Part shown: piece after piece, positions 50,017 to 64,000 of the stretch | Layout: every line of letters begins with the position of its first letter | Numbering within the stretch: position 1 is the first letter of the stretch | DNA from: Octopus sinensis | Lineage: Eukaryota | Direction of reading: 5' to 3' | DNA length: 64,000 nucleotides | NCBI RefSeq assembly: GCF_006345805.1 | Contig: NC_043009.1 | Location: 60,760,001 to 60,824,000 of the forward strand | Notes under the pieces: generated by a model | Told to the model about the DNA's origin: nothing | Seen by the model: only the letters and a program-made list of their open reading frames with translations | Databases searched by the model: none | Translations under genes and position numbers: made by a program

Positions 50017-50409
50017 AGTGGAGGCGCAATGGCCCAGTGGTTAGGGCAGCGGACTCGCGGTCATAGGATCACGGTTTCGATTCTCAGACCGGGCGTTGTG
50101 AGTGTTTATTGAGCGAAAACACCTAAAAGCTCCACGAGGCTCCGGCAGGGGATGGTGGTGATCCCTGCTGTACTCTTTCACCACAACTTTCTCTCACTCT
50201 TACTTCCTGTTTCTGTTGTACCTTGTATTTCAAAGGGCCGGCCTTGTCACTCTCTGTGTCACGCTGAATATCCCCGAGAACTACATTAAGGGTACACGTG
50301 TCTGTGGAGTGCTCAGCCACTGACACGTTAATTTCACGAGCAGGCTGTTCCATTGATTCGGATCAACTGGAACCCTCGTCGTCGTAACCGACGGAGTGCT
50401 TCTTCTTTC
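50017..50409 (+). mobile_element. tRNA-derived SINE (head D, tail type 1)
   Basis: A box TGGCCCAGTGG, B box GTTTCGATTC, 12-bp TSD ACAGTAACTAGG (50005-50016, 50410-50421). Confidence 0.85.
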
Positions 50410-51302
50410 ACAGTAACTAGGGTAAGGAAGAGGTGGAAGAGAATGTTATCATCATTATTTTAACGTCCACTTTTCCAAGCCTGCATGGGTCAGAGAGAAT
50501 TTGTGAGGCAGATTAACTATGGCTGGATGCCTTTCCTGTTGCCAACCCTTGTCTTGTTTCTAAGCAACGTAATATTTCCCCCGTGGCCAGAAAATGTTTC
50601 CCACAGAAAGCAAGAAACAAGCAACATCATGTGATGTCATAACAAGAAGTGACACACACACACACACACACGATGGGCTTCTTTCAGTTTCTTATTTCTT
50701 TATTGCCCCACAAGGGGCTAAACATAGAGGGGACAAAAACAAGGACAGACAAAGGGATTAAGTCGATTACATTGACTCCAGTGCGTAACTGGTACTTAAT
50801 TTATCAACCCCCAAAATGCTGAAAGGCAAATTTATTGACCCCGAAAGGATGAAAGGCAAAGTCAACCTCGGCGGAATTTGAACTCAGAACATAACAGCAG
50901 ATGAAATACCACTAAGCATTTCGCCCGGTGTGCTAACGTTTCTGCCAGCTCGCCACTGGCTTCTTTTAGTTTCTGTCTACCAAATCAGCTTCCAAGGCTT
51001 TTGTTGGCCACGGAGCTATAGTAGAAGACACTTACCTAAGGTACTGTGCAGTGGGACTGAACCGAAGAACATATAGTTAGAAAGCAAATTTCTCAACCAC
51101 CCAGTCACACCTGCATATCACATACCTTTTACTTGTTTCAGTCATTTGACTGCGGCCATGCTGGAGCACCGTCTTTAGTCGAGCAAATCGACCCCGGGAC
51201 TTATTCTATCGGACTCTTTTGCCGAACCGCTAAGTGACGGGGACGTAAACACACCAGCATCGTTTGTCAAGCAATGCTAGGGGGACGAACACAGACACAC
51301 AT

Positions 51303-51336
<34 letters not shown>

Positions 51337-52265
51337 ATATATACATATATACAACAGGCTTCTTTCAGTTTCCGTCAACCAAATTCACTCACAAGGCATT
51401 GGTCGGCCCGGGGCTATAGCAGAAGACACTTGCCCAAGATGCCACGCAGTGGGACTGAACCCGGAACCATGTGGTTGGTTAACAAGCTACTTACCACTCC
51501 TGCGCCTTAGCAAGAGCAGTGTTTCTCAACCAGAGTCCACATGATCCTAGGGTCATATCTGCAATAAACTGGTCATATTTCTACAATACACAAAATATGT
51601 TAACAAATTATGTTAACATCGCAAGATTACTCACTTTTGCCAGTTGAGTGGACTGGAGACTGTAAAATGAAATGTTTTGCTCAAGAACACAAAGCATTGC
51701 CCGGTTCAGGAATTGAAACCACAATCTTATGATCACGAGTCCCAACACATTAACTGCTAAGCCAGGGAAAACACATTTCATAATATATCGGTTGATGGAC
51801 ATTGTCTGAGGCGAGCTGGCAGAAACGTTAGCACGTCGGGCGAAATGCTTAGCGGTCGGTATTTCGTCTGCCCGTTACGTTGTGAGTTCAAATTCCGCCG
51901 AGGTCGACTTTGCCTTTCATCCTTTTGGGGTCGATAAATTAAGTACCAGTTACGCACTGGGGGTCAATGTAATCGACTAAATACCTATGTCTGTCTTTGT
52001 TTGTCCCCTCTATGTTTAGCCCCTTGTGAGTAATAAAGAAATAGGTAAAAGACAGGTGTTGCAGAATAGTTGTGTGGGTCTCAACATCTTTTATTGTGGG
52101 TCTACTCAAATCAGGGTTCATATGGGGTCACACGACAGCAACAACAAAGAATTACTCTTTCATGTGACAGACTGCATGAAGCATGACCATATGAGACACA
52201 GTAATAAAATATGGGCGGAAGAATGTTAAGATCCTGTTGGAAGCTAAAGTTAAGGAGGGGCTTAA

Positions 52266-52485
52266 CCCTTTAGCATTCAGATTACTCTGTCAAATGTAAA
52301 GCCTGTTTAATTACATTATTTTCAATTAATTGTACAGCATCTTGTAACTCCGGGATTTTGATGATGTCCCTGTTTATTTTTAGAATGGCTTTGTAGGGTA
52401 AGTGTGAGAGGTCAGAGCTGGCTGGTTTGAGCATAAAACAGGGAGACAATTTTGGCCTGGTATGGCCGGTTTAAACACTAAAGGG
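52266..52485. mobile_element. piggyBac-type MITE (family 1)
   Basis: TTAA|CCCTTTAGCATT...ACACTAAAGGG|TTAA. Confidence 0.85.
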
Positions 52486-55400
52486 TTAAATTGTGAGTGG
52501 AGGATGTGTGAGCCGAGAGAATGGTAGCTGGACTTCACAAGTTACAGTGAAATGTTGGTACCCACTGCCACAGAGACTGAAGTTTTGGTGAGTGGTGGTA
52601 TGACAGAGATGTACTAACAAAACCTTATATTTATATTAAAAGAGAATGATGGAGAGGATAGAGAGAGAGGGAGAGGGGGGGAGGGAGGGAGGCTTGTGTT
52701 AGTCAATAAACATAAACACAACATATATACATACATCTGGTATTAGTGTATATAGAAATGAGTTTGAATACACTGTATACAGCTGTGTATATATAAACAT
52801 ATACCTATGTGTGTGTATGTGTGTGTGTCGTGACAAAGGAACCAAGTTTGGGAATTGCTGACACCTCTAAATATTGAATGAAATAAGGTTAATAACCTAA
52901 TTAGCAAACTTTCATCACTTCTAACTCAAACACCATACCCCCCACCAACACACACACACACCACACACACTTCATCATCATCAACAACACTATCACCATG
53001 GTGTCATAGGCATCCACACTTGGCTGTTATCTCTTTGTTTTAAGTAAGTTTACAGTAGTTATTTCCTGTTAAAGCTTTATTCCACTACAGATAATATAGC
53101 ACACAATAGCAAAAAAAGACCCCACCACCACCAAATACAAGGCCTCACCCATCATAACCTATTTCTTTACTACCCACAAGGGGCTAAACACAGAGAGGAC
53201 AAACAAGGACAGACAAACGGATTAAGTCGATTATACTGACCCCAGTGCGTAACTGGTACTTAATTTATCGACCCTGAAAGGATGAATGGCAAAGTCGACC
53301 TCGGCGGAATTTGAACTCAGAACGTAACGGCAGACGAAATACGGCTACGCATTTCACCCGGCTAAAGTTTCTGCCAGCTCATAACCACAACATACCACTA
53401 CTAAAAACCATAATCAGAACACTCTTACAACCACTACAGTACAACCATCACAACAACATACCACACTTACTTGGACTGCTACCACTACAACCACCAATAC
53501 TTCCACTAATACATCGACACATAGATGTAATTACAACACCAAACTCTGTTAAAATGTCTTAAGTTGGGGGTGAAGAATAATTGGCCTTTGAGATGGAATC
53601 TTAAGTGCAAGTCAGTAAAAGAGGTCTGGATTTTACATTAAAAATACATATTTTTTATAATAGATATATTTATTTATTGTGAGGTATACTTGTCATCTCA
53701 ATATGGCTAACCACTAAGGGTGGGTGTTACTGTAGCTCGTAGCCCCAGGAGAACATCGTCTCCAGCTGGCTTTCGGCACACTTTCTGTGCACTTATGGTA
53801 TTTGCAAAGAGAGGTCATCCTTCCCTCGTCAACCTAAGTGATACGCACGGACTGCAGTTTCTAGGTATTGACCTGTCGTTGGCATACGACAATCACCGGT
53901 TTACAATGAAAGGAGGTCCCAATGCAAATCCTTATATGGTTTTTCCAGTAACTCTTCGTCACTGATCTCGAAAAATCGCACGCAAGCAATAATAAATCTC
54001 TGAACAAGATATAAACAGTAACTGTGCTGATAGGGTGCCAAGAGCACCATCCAAGCGTGATCATTGCCAGAGCAGCCAACTGGCTTCCATGCCAGTGGCA
54101 CATAAAAGGGCACCATTCAAGCATGATCGTTACCAACGTCGCCTTACTGGCACCTGTGCTGGTGGCATGTGTAAAAAGATTCGAGCGAGGTCGTTGCCAG
54201 TACCACCTGACTGGCCCCCGTGCTGGTGGCACATAAAAAGCACCCACTACACTCTCGCAGTGGTTGGCATTAGGAAAGATATCCAGATGTAGAAACTCTG
54301 CCAAATCAAGATTGGAGCCTGGTGCTGCCATCTGGTTTGCCAGCCCTCAGTCAAAATTGTCCAACCCATGCTAGCATGGAAAGCGGACGTTAAACGATGA
54401 TGATGATCATCCTGATCATGCTACCATCACACAAGCAGTATCCTTCATTTCCAACGTTTTGTGAAAACATGTCAGGAAACGGAAAAACATTTTACTTGAA
54501 AACAGGTGGCTGTTGGCAACAGGAAAGGCACCCAGTCGTAGAACACCTGCCGAAACAAATTCCATACAATGCATAGGAAAGTGGATAATAATACCAAATG
54601 GTGATTAACAAATATATTCCTTTTTATCATTATTGAGCACAGAAACGCAAGTAATTACACAATAATCAATAATCAAGAGCAACAGGGTTTTCATTGTTTT
54701 CATTGGCTTTTATTTCAGCTGGAAATGTCTACAAAATGTTAGTACAAGCAATTGACAGGCTTAAAGGAACATCAGTACAAGCGATAGATGTACAATGATA
54801 ATAGAAAAAGGAAGAAAGGTTTAAAAGAGATCAATAAATAAATAAATAAATAAATATATTAATAACAAAATGACAACAACAAATCTCTGATGTAAACCGC
54901 AACATATATATATATATATATACATACACGCATATATATATATATATGTATGTATGTAAAACACCCACACATGTATGAGCCAACAATGGAGATGACATAG
55001 TTGTTCAGTCTGGTAGAAATAGCAGGCAAATCTCCCTCAAATCCCGCTTTACTTTAAAAACAAATAAAATAAAAAAGTGGTGGGGGGGGGGCATATGCAA
55101 TTCTGTCAGGACTGGAATGTCTTTAACCCTTAAACAGCAGAAAAGGGTTGCATGAATGTCTGCCAAAATGGGCAAAAAAAAAAACAAAAATCATTTTCTT
55201 AAGGGTAATTTTAATACTTATTCCGTACTTTAAAATAAGCACAAAAACCAATAACTGCTGGTCTCCCACACAATAAAATTTACGGTCCCGTTATTGAAAA
55301 CTGCCATAAACTGTTTGAAACATGATGTCTGCTGTTCTCTACTGAAACATTAACTGCTATTTAAAAGGTAATCATATATCTGCTTATTTAGTACTGGCCT

Positions 55401-57259
55401 TGTGATGAAACACCAACAGATATACACACATACGTATGGCTTCTTTTCTTTGTCTATCATTGCCAAGAACATTTTCAATGATGTCGTCTAAGAGTAACAG
55501 CAGATAAGCACATGCAAGCCAATTTGGAATCCACACACACACACACACAGACATGTGGCTACAAGTTTAGGACAGGGAGGGGGGGGGCTAGCTTCCAGCC
55601 ATTTGCTTATTGGGGTTGTTGTACTTACATTAAAGCCACCTGCCTCAATACAACACCTCGTCTTGCAAGATACTTGGCAACCTCACTAGTGCTGGTGCTA
55701 TGAGAAAAGCAAACCCAGTACACGTAAAGTGGTTGGCTTCAGGAAGGGTGTCCAACCACTGAAATCATGCCAAAACAAACACTGGAGCTCAGTGCTGTCC
55801 TCTGGCTTGTGTCAACTCCTCTCAAACCATCCAACCCATGACAGCATTGAGAACACACACACACACACATCATTATTGCTCATGCTCAATAATATTACTA
55901 AATTATACATACATACATACATACATATATATACGTGTATATATATATATATACATGCACACACACACATACATACATGCACACATCATTATTGCTCATG
56001 CTTAATAATATTACTAAATTATACATACATACATATATATACGTGTATATATATATATACATGCACACACACAGACACACACATATGTATATAAGTACAT
56101 ATAACAAATAAATGTAAACAGAAATAACAAAGGAGTAACTGATTTAGTAAAAGGGTGTGTGTTTAGACAGAGACACACACACACACATCTATTAATAGAC
56201 TGAAAGCAGAACTGAAATAGCATTGCTGACCAGAGGGTCTGAGATCAAATGAGAGAGTAAAAGTGGTGAAATATTAGTAATGTGTTTGTATAGTAAAGTT
56301 TGTAGGGTAAATAGTGCTTTTCTTATTCGATCCACGACCGACCATTCCGAAACCTAACTCAATCAAAATGCACATCTCGTAAAAACACATCTAAAACAAT
56401 GAGCTGCTTTTGTTTTCTGTCTGAGACAATGAAGAACTATTCAATGTCAAGTCATTGGAAAGAAGAATGGCACTGGTCTCCGTCTCAGTTCTCATGTTGC
56501 ATAGTCTGGCTCAATGACCGAGTATACCTAGCTATAAATAGAAAACTATAAGGACATTTTGGCAGTGAGCAGACAAGGTGTTTTGTTAGCTAGCAGCACT
56601 GGATTCAAATTCATTTTTATTCCTTCTCTGTTGGACCCTGAATGTGCAAACTACTTCAGTTTCAGCATCATCATCATCGTCATCGTTTAACGTCTGCTTT
56701 CCATGCTAGCATGGGTTGGACGATTTTGACTGAGGACTGGTGAACCAGATGGCTGCACCAGACTCCAATCTTGATCTGGCAGAGTTTCTACAGCTGGATG
56801 CCCTTCCTAACGCCAACCACTGCGAGAGTGTAGTGGGTGCTTTTTACCTGCCACCGGCACGGAGGCCAGTCAGGCGGCACTGGCAATGACCTTGCTCAAA
56901 TCTTTTTACAGGTGCCAGTAAGGCGACGTTTGTAACGATCATGCTCAAATGGTGCCCTTTTACGTGCCACCAGCACGGAAGCCAGTTGGCTGCTCTGGCA
57001 ACGATCATGCTGGGATGGTGCTCTAATAACGAGTAAAGAATTCTTTTGGTGAGGACCTCAACTCGTTCAATGGACAGATTACCACCATGAAAATGTTAAC
57101 TCGTGATTTAGAAGTTATTCACTTCATAACAAATGTGATGTGAACCTGGGTAAATACAACACTCCTTTTGCACATGACTGGAATTCCTTTGATTAAATGT
57201 TTGCTAAGTCGACCCCAACCAGGGGCTAAAAACAAAAACAATAACCTAAGCTGAAGAGG

Positions 57260-57564
57260 GTGGAAGCACATGGCCTAGTGGTTAGAGCAGCAGACTTGCG
57301 GTCGAGGGATCGCGGGTTCACATCTCAGACCTGGTGATGTGTGTGTTTGTGAGCAAAACACCTAAGCTCCACGCGGCTCCAGCAGAAGGTAATGGTGAAA
57401 CGTCTGCTGACTCTTTCGCCACAAATTTCTCTCACTCTTTCCTCCCGCATCTTGCAGCTCACCTGCGACGGACCGGCATACCGCCCAGGTGGGGAACCTA
57501 TATGCCAAGGAAACCGGGAAACTGGCCCTATGAGCCAGACGTGGCTCAAGAAAGAACAAACAAC
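57260..57564 (+). mobile_element. tRNA-derived SINE (head D, tail type 3, V-domain-like)
   Basis: Same head. Tail CCTGCGACGGACCGGCATACCGCCCAGG...GGAAACCGGG. Imperfect TSD AAGCTGA(A/G)GAGG. Confidence 0.75.
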
Positions 57565-58172
57565 AAGCTGAGGAGGAGGTGATATCAAATATGGTGTAAC
57601 AGAATTAAGAAGGAAGCAGACAGAAAATAATTATATAAAACAATAACAGAACAAGAACAAACGGCGGTGCACCAGCATGGCCGCAGCTCTGAGCTGAAAC
57701 TAAAGGAAAAACAAGGCTTTAATTCACACACACACCTCTATCTATATTTGTATAAATGTGGTTTCCAGCATTAGGTTGCAGTCATGCGGGTTATCATTTT
57801 TAAGGATTTTAGTCAACTAAATCCACCACAGTACTTTTGGTACTTATTTCAGAGATCTGCTAAGATGCAAAATTATGTGACTGTTGGTATTAAGAGAGAC
57901 TGATAACTTCGTTAGACATGATTACTGCAGGGTATTTCTGTTTGAATGCACCAGTTTATTGTTCACCAGACTGATATGCATAAACATACACACACACACA
58001 CACACACACGACAAGCCTCTAAGAAGTTTCTTTCTCTTAAATTCCATTCACAAGGCAGCGGTGTACTTGAAACTATATTAGAAGATACTTGCCCAAAATG
58101 CCATGCACTTAGAATTGAACCCCAAAATCAAATTGCAAAGCAGACGTCCTAACCACACAGCCATGCCTGTGC

Positions 58173-58203
<31 letters not shown>

Positions 58204-58437
58204 CTTTTACTTGTTTCAGTCATTTGACTGTGGCCATGCTGGAGCACCGCCTTTAGTCGAGCAAATCGACCCCAGGACTTATTCTTTGTAAGCCCAGTAC
58301 TTATTCTATCGGTCTCTTTTGCCGAACCGTTAGGTTACGGGGACCTAAACACACCAGCATTGGTTGTCAAGCAATGTTGGGAGGACAAACACAGACACAC
58401 AAACATATACACACACATACATACAACGGGGTTTCTA

Positions 58438-58495
<58 letters not shown>

Positions 58496-58845
58496 CATAT
58501 ATACACACACACATAATTTGATGTAGGGAGTGGATGAAGTACCCATGGCAATAACAATTACAAATGTCAAAAAGTAGGAGGAAAAAAACTGTGATTAAAA
58601 ACAATAAATAATTCAGACAAAAACAAAAAAAAGAATGATTTTTTAATCAGTTTCTACTCCACCCACCTCCGTTAGATCTCTTACAATAATACTTTTAGTA
58701 CAGCAAGATTTTACAAGCATGTACTAACGAATCTATTCTCATGACAGATTAATATTTTCAGAGAGACAGAGGGCAAGAGAATAGTTTATACATTAAAACT
58801 AAAAGAGCAATGGGTGGAAATGAGGAACACTATATATAGAAAAAT

Positions 58846-58884
<39 letters not shown>

Positions 58885-59704
58885 AAGGGTCAGTTCATCA
58901 AAGGACAAAGAAAAGTAAACATATTTTTTTGTAGCATGTTATGGCATTGTGTCAGCTGAATTTAAAGCAGAAAGCTACAGTAGAAAAAGTGCAGTGATTT
59001 TTTTTTTAACCTTTATGAAATGACTTGAGATCTACCAAGCCTCACCATATTTCCCCCCACCATAAAAAGTAAGATAGGGTTTCGCTGGAATGGCAGAACA
59101 TTTGCTTCCCAACCATATGGTTCCATGTTCAGTCCTACTGCATGGCACTTTGGGCAAGCGTCTTGAGTCTCAGGTTAACCAAAGCCTTGTGAGCGGAGTT
59201 GGTAGGTGGAAACTGAAAGAAGCCCATCATATATATATATAGATAGATCGATAGACAGATAAAGATGGAGACAAGCACCAACGTCCCATGTAGCTTGATA
59301 ATTGCTAAGATTTCTCTCAGCATGAAACCAATGGTGGCCTTGTTAACCCACAAATAAAGTACATGTATGTGTGTGTGTGTATGTGTGTTTGCCCCCCCCC
59401 ACCACCACCACTTGACAATTGGTGTTGGGGTGTTTACATCCATCATAACTTAGCAGTTCAGCAAAAGAGACCAATAGAATAAGTACATGGCTTACAAAAA
59501 TAAGCACAGGGGGGGAGGTCGATTCATTCAATATGCTCCTAGAATGACAACTTAGTACTAAGACCATCATAAAGTAACTGGCTATCATGATGAAGACGAT
59601 GTGCAATTTGATAAACTGTCATCAACTTTTATTTTGTCATCTAAATTAGTTCGATCAGAAGAATACATTAACGCCTGAATTGGTGGAGAAAGGCAATATT
59701 GCTG

Positions 59705-59865
59705 ATACCACATGTTGTAATAGCCCTGTTTTTCACCACATGGTATAATAACAACCCTGCCACTCACCACATGGTACAATAGCCATCTTTTACAACATGG
59801 TTCAACAATAGCCCAGCTATTCACTACATGGTACAACAACCCTGCCACTTATTGCATGGTATGAC
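59705..59865. repeat. Degenerate ~29-bp tandem repeat
   Basis: Repeated ACCACATGGTACAATAGCCC-like units. Confidence 0.65.
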
Positions 59866-60319
59866 TACAGCCACGCAACACAGCGCATTGTTAATATTTA
59901 CAAATTATATTACATCTTTTCTCTTCTTAGACTTGTTTTGATAAACCTGGATGCAGGTTCTAATCACTCAGCCATACTGGGACTCAAACACACTCAACAA
60001 CAACAATGCACTGAGGAGATACGATAAAGGATGGATAACATCTTGCAGCGGTTGAAATGCAAGTAAACAACAACAATTGTCAACAGGGAGAGGAAGGGGA
60101 GATCCCTAAAACATTTACAGATATTTCAGTCGTCATTAGACTGTGGCCATGCTGGGGCACCACCTTGAAGAAAATGTAGTCGAATGAATTGATTCCAGTA
60201 TTTATTTTTGTGTGTATATATATATATATACAGCCTGCTACTTATACTGTCAGTCTCTTTTGCCAAACTGTTAAGTTGTGGAGATAAGCAGTGAAGGACA
60301 AGCACAGACACACTCACAC

Positions 60320-60404
<85 letters not shown>

Positions 60405-61344
60405 TAGATAGATAGATAAACAGATTGATCGATAGACAAATTAATAGACAGATAGATATTTCAGTTTCCATCAACCAAATCCACTCACAAGGCTTTGGTC
60501 GGCCCAAGGATACAGTAGAAGACACTTGCTGAACCCAGAACTTTGTTGCTGGGAAGTAAGCTTCTTACCACCCAGCTAATATACTTATATGGAAAGAGTT
60601 TCTGGTTTCCCTGCCTGGATATAAACAATGGAATTGGAGATCTGTTTTGACTAAGAATTCAAACCAGGTCACTGATTCTTTATGATGAGACCAGCTGCCT
60701 TATAAGTGCTTCCACATTACATGATATTTATATTAATAATTACCGACTTTAGCTCAAGGCAACAAATTTGTAAGGAAATTTGTAACTTATTGAGAGAAAG
60801 GGAGGGGAATGACAAGGTCAACAACGTAAAGGAATACTGGTGAATGCTGTGAGGAATTTAATACAGCATTACCAATTCTGCTACACCACTGGTCTAAAAT
60901 AATAAATGAAATTGTAGAAAGGATGTGTGTGGAAGGGGATTGTTTATACACTGGCTCCTTTTCTTTCTTTTAGTTCAGTTATTTGATATTCTTCAGAAAT
61001 CCGTGAATTAGTTCTCTCATTTAAGTACTGATCTCCCACACAATCTCTTTTCTTTGCTCTTTCTCTTTACAAGGCTTTTCAACCAAAAATAATAAATAAA
61101 CTGATAAATAATAATGACAACTGAAGGACACATTATGTAATTTCAGATTTTCAAATAAATAAGGACACACAGACACACACACACAGATGCATGCATAGAC
61201 ACGCATAGATACATAGGCCACAATTGAGTTTGGAATACATAAAACACAAATGGCCACAATGGATTTCAGAAAATTAAAAAAATATAATATATTAAGGAAT
61301 GTTCAAAGAAATCAAAAGACAATAATAACAACAATAATAATAAT

Positions 61345-63415
61345 AATGGTTTCAAACTTTGGTACAAGGCCAGCAAGTTTGAGGGAAGTAGGTAACTCAA
61401 TCACATTGACCCCAGTGGGAAACTGGTACTTGCTTTATCGACCCCAAAAGGATGAAAGACAAAGTCAATCTCAGCAGAATTTGAACTCCAGAATGTAAAG
61501 ACAGATGAAATGCCACTAAGCATTTTGCTGGTGGTGCTTAACAATTCTACCAGCCCAATGCCTTAATAATAATAATAAATAATCCTTTCTAATATAGGCA
61601 CAGACCCTACAAATCTGGAGAGAGGAGTCTAGTCAATTACAATAACCCCGGTGGTCAACTGGTACTTCTTTCTTGATTGAACCCCCAAAAGAATGACAGG
61701 CAAAGCTGAACTAGGCAGAATTTGAACTCAGGACATAAAAAAGAGCCAGGAATTTCTGCAAAGCATTTTTTTCTGACACACTAACATTTCTTATTTCTTT
61801 ATTGCCCATAAGGGGCTAAACATAGAGGGGACAAACAAGGACAGACAAAGGGATTTAGACGATTAGATCGACACCCCCAGCCCCCACCCCAGTGTGTAAC
61901 TGTCACTTAATTTATCGACCCCGAAAAGATGAAAGGCAAAGTCGACCTCGGCGGAATTTGAACTCAGAACGTAACGGCAGACGAAATACCACTAAGCATT
62001 TTGCCCAGCAGGCTAACGTTTCTGCCAGATCACTTGCCTCATAATAATTGCTTCAAATTTTGACACAAGGCCTACAATTTGGGGGAATTGGGAGGAAGGG
62101 TGGGGTCAGCAGATCACATCACCCACCACCACCACCACACACACTATTTGACTGGTACTGGATTTCATTGATGTTGAAAGATCAGCAAAGCTAACCCCAG
62201 TAGAATTTGATCTCAGAGTGTAAGGAACTAGACCAAATACCACACAGTATATTTTCTGACACATTAATGCTTCTGCCAATTCAACCACCTTAATAATAAC
62301 AACAACTATCCTTTCTACTGTAAAAACAAGGCCTGACATTTGGTGGGGGAGGCCAGCCTAATTGATTACACCCCCCCCCCACCCCCAGTACTTATTTTAT
62401 TGACATTGGGAAGAAAAAAAAATGAAAAGCAAGGTTGACCTCGGCAGAATTTGAACTGAGAACAGAGAGACAAACGAAGGACCACTAAGTATTTTGTTTG
62501 GTGTGCTACTGATTCTGCCAGCTCACCACCTTCAATAATTCTTTCTACTATAGGCGCAAGGTCTGAAATTTTTTAAGGGCTGGAGCTAGTTGATTATATC
62601 AACCCTGAAAGGATGAAAGGCAAAGTCGACCTCAGCAGAATCTGAACTCAGAACGTGAAAAAAAAAAAATGAAACATCACCAAGCATTTTGCCCAGCAAT
62701 GCTACCAAGTCTGCCACCTCACTGCTTTTACCTCTTTAGTGTCAAAATAATACTTACTAATTCATATTGTTTCCAATTAACGAAGCATTATTTTGTTGCT
62801 TCAATATTTTGATGATGTGATCCTTTATTTTTAGAATGACATTATAAGGTTGATGAGAGAGACCGGATCTAACCAGTTTGAACATGAAACATGTAGAATT
62901 ATTCGGCCAGATTTCGCCAGTTTAAATGCTACATGGTTAATTAACCCTTTTAGCATTCAGATTATTCTGTCAAACGCAATGCTAATTCATTCATATTGTT
63001 TTGAATTAATCTTGCATAATCTTGTAGCTTTCAGGTTTTGATGAGGTAACTTAATTCTTAGAATGACATTGTAGGGTTGATGTGAGAGGCCAGATCCGAT
63101 TGGCTTGAGCATAAAACAGGTAGAATATTTTGGCCAGATATGGCCAGTTTAAATGTTAAAGGCTTAATAATAATAATAATAATAATAATAATGGTTTTGG
63201 ATTTTGCCACAAGGACAGCAATTTTGAGGGGGAGGGAATGTGTTGATTACATTGACCCAGTGTTCAACTGCTCCTTATTTTATCAACCCCAAAAGGATGA
63301 AAGGTAAAGTCAACCTCGGCGGAATTTGAACTCAGAACATCAAGATGAACAAAATGCCGCTAAACATTAAGCATTTCGCCCGGTGTGCTAACGATTCTGT
63401 CAGCTCGCCACCTTA
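61345..63415 (-). mobile_element. Cluster of co-oriented SINE family B copies
   Basis: About seven consecutive minus-strand copies of varying divergence, several separated by (AAT)n tails. Confidence 0.75.
62945..63163. mobile_element. piggyBac-type MITE (family 1), preceded by a partial tandem copy
   Basis: TTAA|CCCTTTTAGCATT...TAAAGGC|TTAA. Confidence 0.75.
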
Positions 63416-64000
63416 ATAATAATAATAACGAATATATTATTTGGAAAATTGAAAATAAACTAGCAAACTAATGGTGGTAATAAAAGATTTGAATACTGGT
63501 AACTTTTAGTTAGCTCAAAAGACATTCATTCATTCATTTATCGATCCAGCAACAGCAGCCCTGGGGCAGATGTAATCGACTTAACTACTTCTGGACATGA
63601 GTATAAAAAACAGCTTCCATCTGCCAAGTCATGTGGAGCAGGTGTGGAAGAGTAAACTCATCAAACCAGTATGATCTCAAGCTGAAATGCACATCAGAAA
63701 GGAGGTTGGTGGAGAGAACATGCTGAGATCTTCATCCTGCAGTGGACCAAACAGAAGCAATTCAATCCAGATTCTACTTTTAGCCTGTAATGATTGTTTT
63801 GGCTTGAATTTGAGCTACACACGCACAATTGTTTATTAATTGAATAGGTGCCATGTTGTTACTGCAAATGGCCCTTGGAATGTTCTGAGTTGATTTTGTC
63901 TTTTTTAATTATGTAAACAGAAATAAATGAGGTTACAAGATAAAGATTCCGGAGATATAGAAGAGATATCAGTGAGAGTAACTCATGTATCAAGAAGTTA

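Noticed and set aside
50019-50095. tRNA gene (also at 37606 and 57260)
   Set aside because: The A/B boxes run straight into SINE bodies with TSDs or tails, and there is no proper acceptor stem. These are SINE heads.
54719-54798. Possible plus-strand terminal exon (AGNVYKMLVQAIDRLKGTSVQAIDVQ*)
   Set aside because: Good acceptor, but no recognisable homology and no partner exons.
59585-59674. Possible minus-strand terminal exon (ALMYSSDRTNLDDKIKVDDSLSNCTSSSS*) or first NXT exon
   Set aside because: It ends in a stop and does not resemble the NXT N-terminus. No other support.

Overview
AT-rich, repeat-dense animal genomic DNA. The SINE families and (TA)n/(CA)n/(GAT)n microsatellites suggest an octopus; this is an inference from repeat content. 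Two host genes are supported. (1) A GT31 beta-1,3-galactosyltransferase-like gene with an intronless CDS (16645-17955, +). (2) An NXT1/NXT2 (p15, NTF2-like export factor) gene on the minus strand, missed by the ORF track. Its last two coding exons (45148-45292 and 24623-24780) are separated by a ~20.4 kb intron, and its first coding exon(s) were not found in the window. The rest is a nested mosaic of SINEs, Tc1/mariner, hAT and piggyBac remnants and MITEs, non-autonomous Helitrons, RTE and HERO-like LINE fragments, and Penelope-like remnants. The most notable signal is a set of short non-coding elements, mostly beside (TA)n tracts, that carry type I hammerhead ribozyme motifs with palindromic stem III. 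Two are near-complete (27976-28055, 41786-41831) and several are arranged as long fold-backs. Other oddities: a SINE built of tandem pseudoknot-like modules, a 63-bp target duplication, a templated 250-bp insertion and several multi-level nestings. Coordinates were read by eye and repeat boundaries are approximate.
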